From positions 54,350 to 74,349 of IMG/VR virus record IMGVR_UViG_3300020475_000546: a stretch of 20,000 nt of DNA, one strand, 5' to 3'. Position 1 is the stretch's first letter, and every line of letters begins with the position of its first letter. The stretch comes from an uncultured virus (IMG/VR IMGVR_UViG_3300020475_000546) (Duplodnaviria; Heunggongvirae; Uroviricota; Caudoviricetes). Under the pieces are notes generated by a model. The model ran no database searches and was not told the DNA's origin. It worked only from the letters and a program-made list of their open reading frames with translations. Shown here one piece after another: positions 17,387 through 20,000 of the stretch. Both the position numbers and the translations under genes were made by a program.

Positions 17387-17842
17387 TTAAGCACAGTTCC
17401 TACACAGGCTCATTTGTGTTCCGCCATATAATCCCGTGCCTTCAGCTGGCGCACCACAGTTCTCACATTCACCGATTACATCAGCAGAATACGGCTTAGG
17501 GTTTTCCGCCATGATTCTCTCAAACATATCCGCCACCGAATCAGATTGAAGCTCAAAACGATTGTAAGCATCCTCACTCATGTTTTCCATTATCCTCTCG
17601 TAAATCTCATCGTCATCAAAGAATCTGAAAGGACTGGTTGCAGCGGTTTGCCTCATTTCATCCAAATCCTTTGGGTTTAGCTCTCCCGTCTTGCTACGAT
17701 TCATCCACGAAGGCACTTTATCTCTCAATCTGTGTCCTTCCATATCATCGGGGTGTGCAAACTCTTCAGCTACAGCTCTCTCATGCAAAGACAATTCCTT
17801 TGCTATCTTCCAAGCCTTCTCAAAGCTCGCACCGCCAATCAT
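17387..17842 (-). CDS. Tagged hypothetical protein with a C-terminal Zn finger (151 aa)
   Basis: Starts MIGGASFEKAWKIAK; CENCG...CRNC. Confidence 0.8.
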   Translation of the reverse strand: MIGGASFEKAWKIAKELSLHERAVAEEFAHPDDMEGHRLRDKVPSWMNRSKTGELNPKDLDEMRQTAATSPFRFFDDDEIYERIMENMSEDAYNRFELQSDSVADMFERIMAENPKPYSADVIGECENCGAPAEGTGLYGGTQMSLCRNCA

Positions 17843-17874
17843 CGTTCAACCTAAGAGGACAATCGTTCTTAACA
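17843..17874 (-). promoter_or_regulatory. Promoter-like motif TGTTAA-N5-ATTGTCCTC (also at 10781-10813; GGTTAA-N5-ATTGAC at 19064-19095)
   Basis: Same sequence and spacing (ATTG 17-18 nt before ATG; TTAA at about -30) in short intergenic gaps. Confidence 0.6.
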
Positions 17875-17891
17875 GCTCTCTAAACAAGGCG

Positions 17892-18551
17892 TTATTCGTA
17901 ATCCTCGTATTCCATTATACCTTCATCGCCCCAGATTTCATCATCTGGAACGCCTGTTCCGCCACAAGCAGCACATTCCATCATCATATACTCTACATCT
18001 CTCATCGCCATCTCTTTCGCTTCCTCAAATGTTTGCGACTGGGATGTATCTCCTGAACCAATCGTCACCAGTTGCTGACCTGTACCCTCGCATGATGGGC
18101 ATTTGCCTGATTCATACAGCTTCAGATGCTCAAGTGTTCGAGGCATCTTCACCAAAAAGTCGCTCTTTTTCAAAGGTCTGCCTTTCTCATCATAGCCTTG
18201 CATCATAGAATAATCCAAAGAACCATCCTCATTGACATTCAAACCTGCATTCCAACACCAATCACCATTACCACCACACAATACACAAGGTTCTCCCCCA
18301 TGTTCCGCTGCAAGTTTTCGACAATTCATTACCTCATTAGGAAAATGCAGGTATCTTGATTGCATCGCTTCAAGAGGCGTAGGTGGTCTGCTATCTTCCT
18401 TTACAACAGACCAAGCCTTCTCAAATGATTTCTTGTCTTTTTCTGCGTAGCAAGGACACTTGGGTTCTGACTTGGAACATTTAGTGATGCCTTTCTTCAT
18501 GCAGACGCAGGGGTTTGACTTGGTTGCCCCGCAACAGCACCCATCACTCAT
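17892..18551 (-). CDS. Cys-rich protein: metallothionein-like N-terminus, internal tag, DnaJ-type CxxCxGxG Zn finger
   Basis: MSDGCCCGATKSNPCVCM...CPCY; KKSFEKAWSVVK; CPSCEGTG and CAACGGTG. Confidence 0.75.
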   Translation of the reverse strand: MSDGCCCGATKSNPCVCMKKGITKCSKSEPKCPCYAEKDKKSFEKAWSVVKEDSRPPTPLEAMQSRYLHFPNEVMNCRKLAAEHGGEPCVLCGGNGDWCWNAGLNVNEDGSLDYSMMQGYDEKGRPLKKSDFLVKMPRTLEHLKLYESGKCPSCEGTGQQLVTIGSGDTSQSQTFEEAKEMAMRDVEYMMMECAACGGTGVPDDEIWGDEGIMEYEDYE

Positions 18552-19063
18552 CAACAATTCCACCTGTCAAGAGCTGCACCTTTCGGTGTTTTCTTACCTT
18601 CTTTACTGGTAGGCCCTTTGACACCACCCATACGAGCGCAGAATGATTTCTTTCGAGCTTTTCTCTTCCCGGTAGGATTCTTCTCGGTAACGGGTGGTTT
18701 GAGGTTAGCACCCTCTTCCTTCTTTGCCTTTGCACGACCCTTCGCATTCAGCCCACCTTTGCGACTGTGCTTGTTAGGGTTGTACCCGTGAAATGGTTTG
18801 TCGTCTTTCTCTTTCTTCTCCAAGATGTTGTGAATAGTCACGCAAGCATTACAATCGCACTCATAGCTCTTGTTAGTCAGCTTATCCCAGTTTTTCTTAT
18901 CAGGGTAGTCCTTATCTCCGGGTTTAGCTGCCTTCTCGCCTCTTTTCCTCTTAGCATGAACATTATCCCAAAGACCACGCTTTTTGCCCTTATCCATATA
19001 GGCCATGCTCTTTTCTTCGCCTTTAGCCAAGATCCAAGCCTTTGAGAACGCATCTGCCGTCAT
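18551..19063 (-). CDS. Tagged highly basic protein with a conserved phage domain (DUF6321-like, from recollection)
   Basis: Starts MTADAFSKAWILAK; GLWDNVHAKRKRGE; GGLNAKGRAK...NLKPPV...RKKSFCARMGG...ALDRWNC. Confidence 0.75.
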   Translation of the reverse strand: MTADAFSKAWILAKGEEKSMAYMDKGKKRGLWDNVHAKRKRGEKAAKPGDKDYPDKKNWDKLTNKSYECDCNACVTIHNILEKKEKDDKPFHGYNPNKHSRKGGLNAKGRAKAKKEEGANLKPPVTEKNPTGKRKARKKSFCARMGGVKGPTSKEGKKTPKGAALDRWNC

Positions 19064-19100
19064 GATTGAACAACAACAGTCAATGGATTTTAACCGTTTA

Positions 19101-19682
19101 TCATTGACGAGCCTTTTCTTCACTTGTTCGATGGCTCATCCAATGTGGACTTTGCCCATCGCTCATCTCATGGCGATCAAACTCACCAGAACCGGGATGA
19201 ACCTTGTCTGCCCATCCCGTATCAAAGCTCTCAGGATATTCGTTGCGACCCATCAATTTACCCGGTTCTTGTTCTTCAAGGGGTGTCGGTTTCATTTCAT
19301 TATACCTTTGCCCCCTGTTCCAGCTTGAAAAATCTCTACGATTCTGAGATTCACGGTTAGCCTCTATATTCATATCCATATCACCATCTTCTAATATCTG
19401 CTCTACTGATTTTGGTTTTGTGAGTATCCGCCTTAGCTGTTCATTAGGCTCAGACCTGTTCCTCTCAACAGACTCATCGTGGCGAGCCTTCTCCCTTCGA
19501 GCCATCATACCCAAGATTGCGGGGTGAATAGTGCCTTCAGACTCAAAGCCATGACCCATGTATGGCCCAGAACCTTCAGCTAAATCTGCGAACATAAACT
19601 TCTCAGCTCCTCTTCGGCTTACTGCTTGCTGTTCCGGCAACGCTTTGACGATACGCCAAGCTCTCTCGAAGCTATCCGACAT
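19101..19682 (-). CDS. Tagged hypothetical protein (193 aa)
   Basis: Starts MSDSFERAWRIVK with AGGTG RBS. The longer track start (19826) overlaps another small ORF. Confidence 0.75.
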   Translation of the reverse strand: MSDSFERAWRIVKALPEQQAVSRRGAEKFMFADLAEGSGPYMGHGFESEGTIHPAILGMMARREKARHDESVERNRSEPNEQLRRILTKPKSVEQILEDGDMDMNIEANRESQNRRDFSSWNRGQRYNEMKPTPLEEQEPGKLMGRNEYPESFDTGWADKVHPGSGEFDRHEMSDGQSPHWMSHRTSEEKARQ

Positions 19683-19717
19683 GACTACACCTTTTCTGCA
19701 ATCGTATTTGAGCATTC

Positions 19718-19837
19718 TCAAATCACGCCAAAAATCTTGAGAGCTACTATCCCTGTGAGAGTTAGGTTCATCAAACCGATCACGGTTCGCCAAAAAGCCA
19801 TGACCCCCATGTGTTCCAAATACCACTTCTCACTCAT
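19718..19837 (-). CDS. Small membrane peptide (39 aa; MSEKWYLEHMGVMAFWRTVIGLMNLTLTGIVALKIFGVI)
   Basis: Manually translated; hydrophobic C-terminal helix; ATTG-N17-ATG promoter-like spacing upstream. Confidence 0.55.
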   Translation of the reverse strand: MSEKWYLEHMGVMAFWRTVIGLMNLTLTGIVALKIFGVI

Positions 19838-19838
19838 G

Positions 19839-19924
19839 CTGTCAATCCCGACAGCAATTCATCAAAAAAACATTCTGCGGGCAAAAATAGGCATTGAAAG
19901 GGCAGAAGCTGTCAGTATTGACAG
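19839..19924. promoter_or_regulatory. Two CTGTCA-N4-YGACAG palindromes (candidate operators)
   Basis: CTGTCAATCCCGACAG at 19839-19854 and CTGTCAGTATTGACAG at 19909-19924. Confidence 0.55.
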
Positions 19925-19963
19925 AAAAAAACCGTATTTTGTTCCGCCGAGCGTATGCGGTTA

Positions 19964-19994
19964 GGCGGGGCGTAGCCCCGCCAAAAAAAAAAAA
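19964..19994. other. GC-rich hairpin with a GTA triloop followed by A12
   Basis: GGCGGGGC-GTA-GCCCCGCC (19964-19982), A-run 19983-19994. Confidence 0.7.
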
Positions 19995-20000
19995 TCTCGA

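Noticed and set aside
10546..18747. Nested minus-strand ORFs 10546..10758, 14864..15112 and 18544..18747
   Set aside because: They lie out of frame within (or almost wholly within) longer tagged genes, with no independent support.
8088..19682. Integron cassette array
   Set aside because: No attC-like imperfect palindromes between genes (many genes overlap by 1-4 nt) and no integrase in the window.
8088..19682. Tag as a Sec/Tat signal peptide or a RiPP leader
   Set aside because: No hydrophobic h-region or twin-Arg; followers are large, diverse domains rather than core peptides; no transporter or peptide-maturation cluster is evident.
19683..19826. N-terminal extension of the 241-aa track ORF (and similar extensions at 7735, 8716, 10801, 13219, 17074, 19123)
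   Set aside because: Downstream ATGs place the tag at the N-terminus and have RBS, promoter or stop-start overlap support.
138..19964. All plus-strand ORFs in the track
   Set aside because: They are almost all antisense shadows of better-supported minus-strand genes, S/L/I-rich, with no recognisable motifs.
19964..19994. Bacterial Rho-independent terminator
   Set aside because: A U-tract does not follow the stem on either strand (A12 follows on +; T12 precedes on -).

Overview
All credible genes in this 20 kb window lie on the minus strand and are tightly packed, many with ATGA/TGATG overlaps. GAGGTG-type ribosome-binding sites, near-leaderless starts, mostly acidic hypothetical proteins and phage-type domains (GP88-like, Hc1-like, RHH) suggest a virus or other mobile element, most plausibly of an archaeal host. 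This is inference: no capsid, portal, large terminase or polymerase gene is recognisable. Two blocks stand out. (1) In ~5.9-19.7 kb, 17 otherwise unrelated ORFs share a short amphipathic peptide, F-[DE]-x-A-W-x-[IVL]-[VAT]-K (20 clear copies). It is usually at the N-terminus, but it also separates the repeat units of a 690-aa polyprotein-like ORF. The tag is near-identical at the DNA level among neighbouring genes. The tagged 'cargo' includes GNAT-like, HExxH, GP88-like Fe-S, Zn-finger and basic DNA-binding domains, suggesting a tag-directed packaging/processing system that grows by cassette shuffling. (2) In ~1.8-5.9 kb, an RHH-led gene cluster encodes a complete Ras-superfamily small GTPase with Arf-like features, several small membrane proteins, a Q/M/G-rich low-complexity protein and a Ca-binding-loop/Zn-finger protein, a candidate membrane-remodelling module. 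A positionally conserved promoter-like motif, a repeated TGTCA-N4-TGACA palindrome, a structured intergenic element and a GC hairpin with A-tracts near the window end were also seen.
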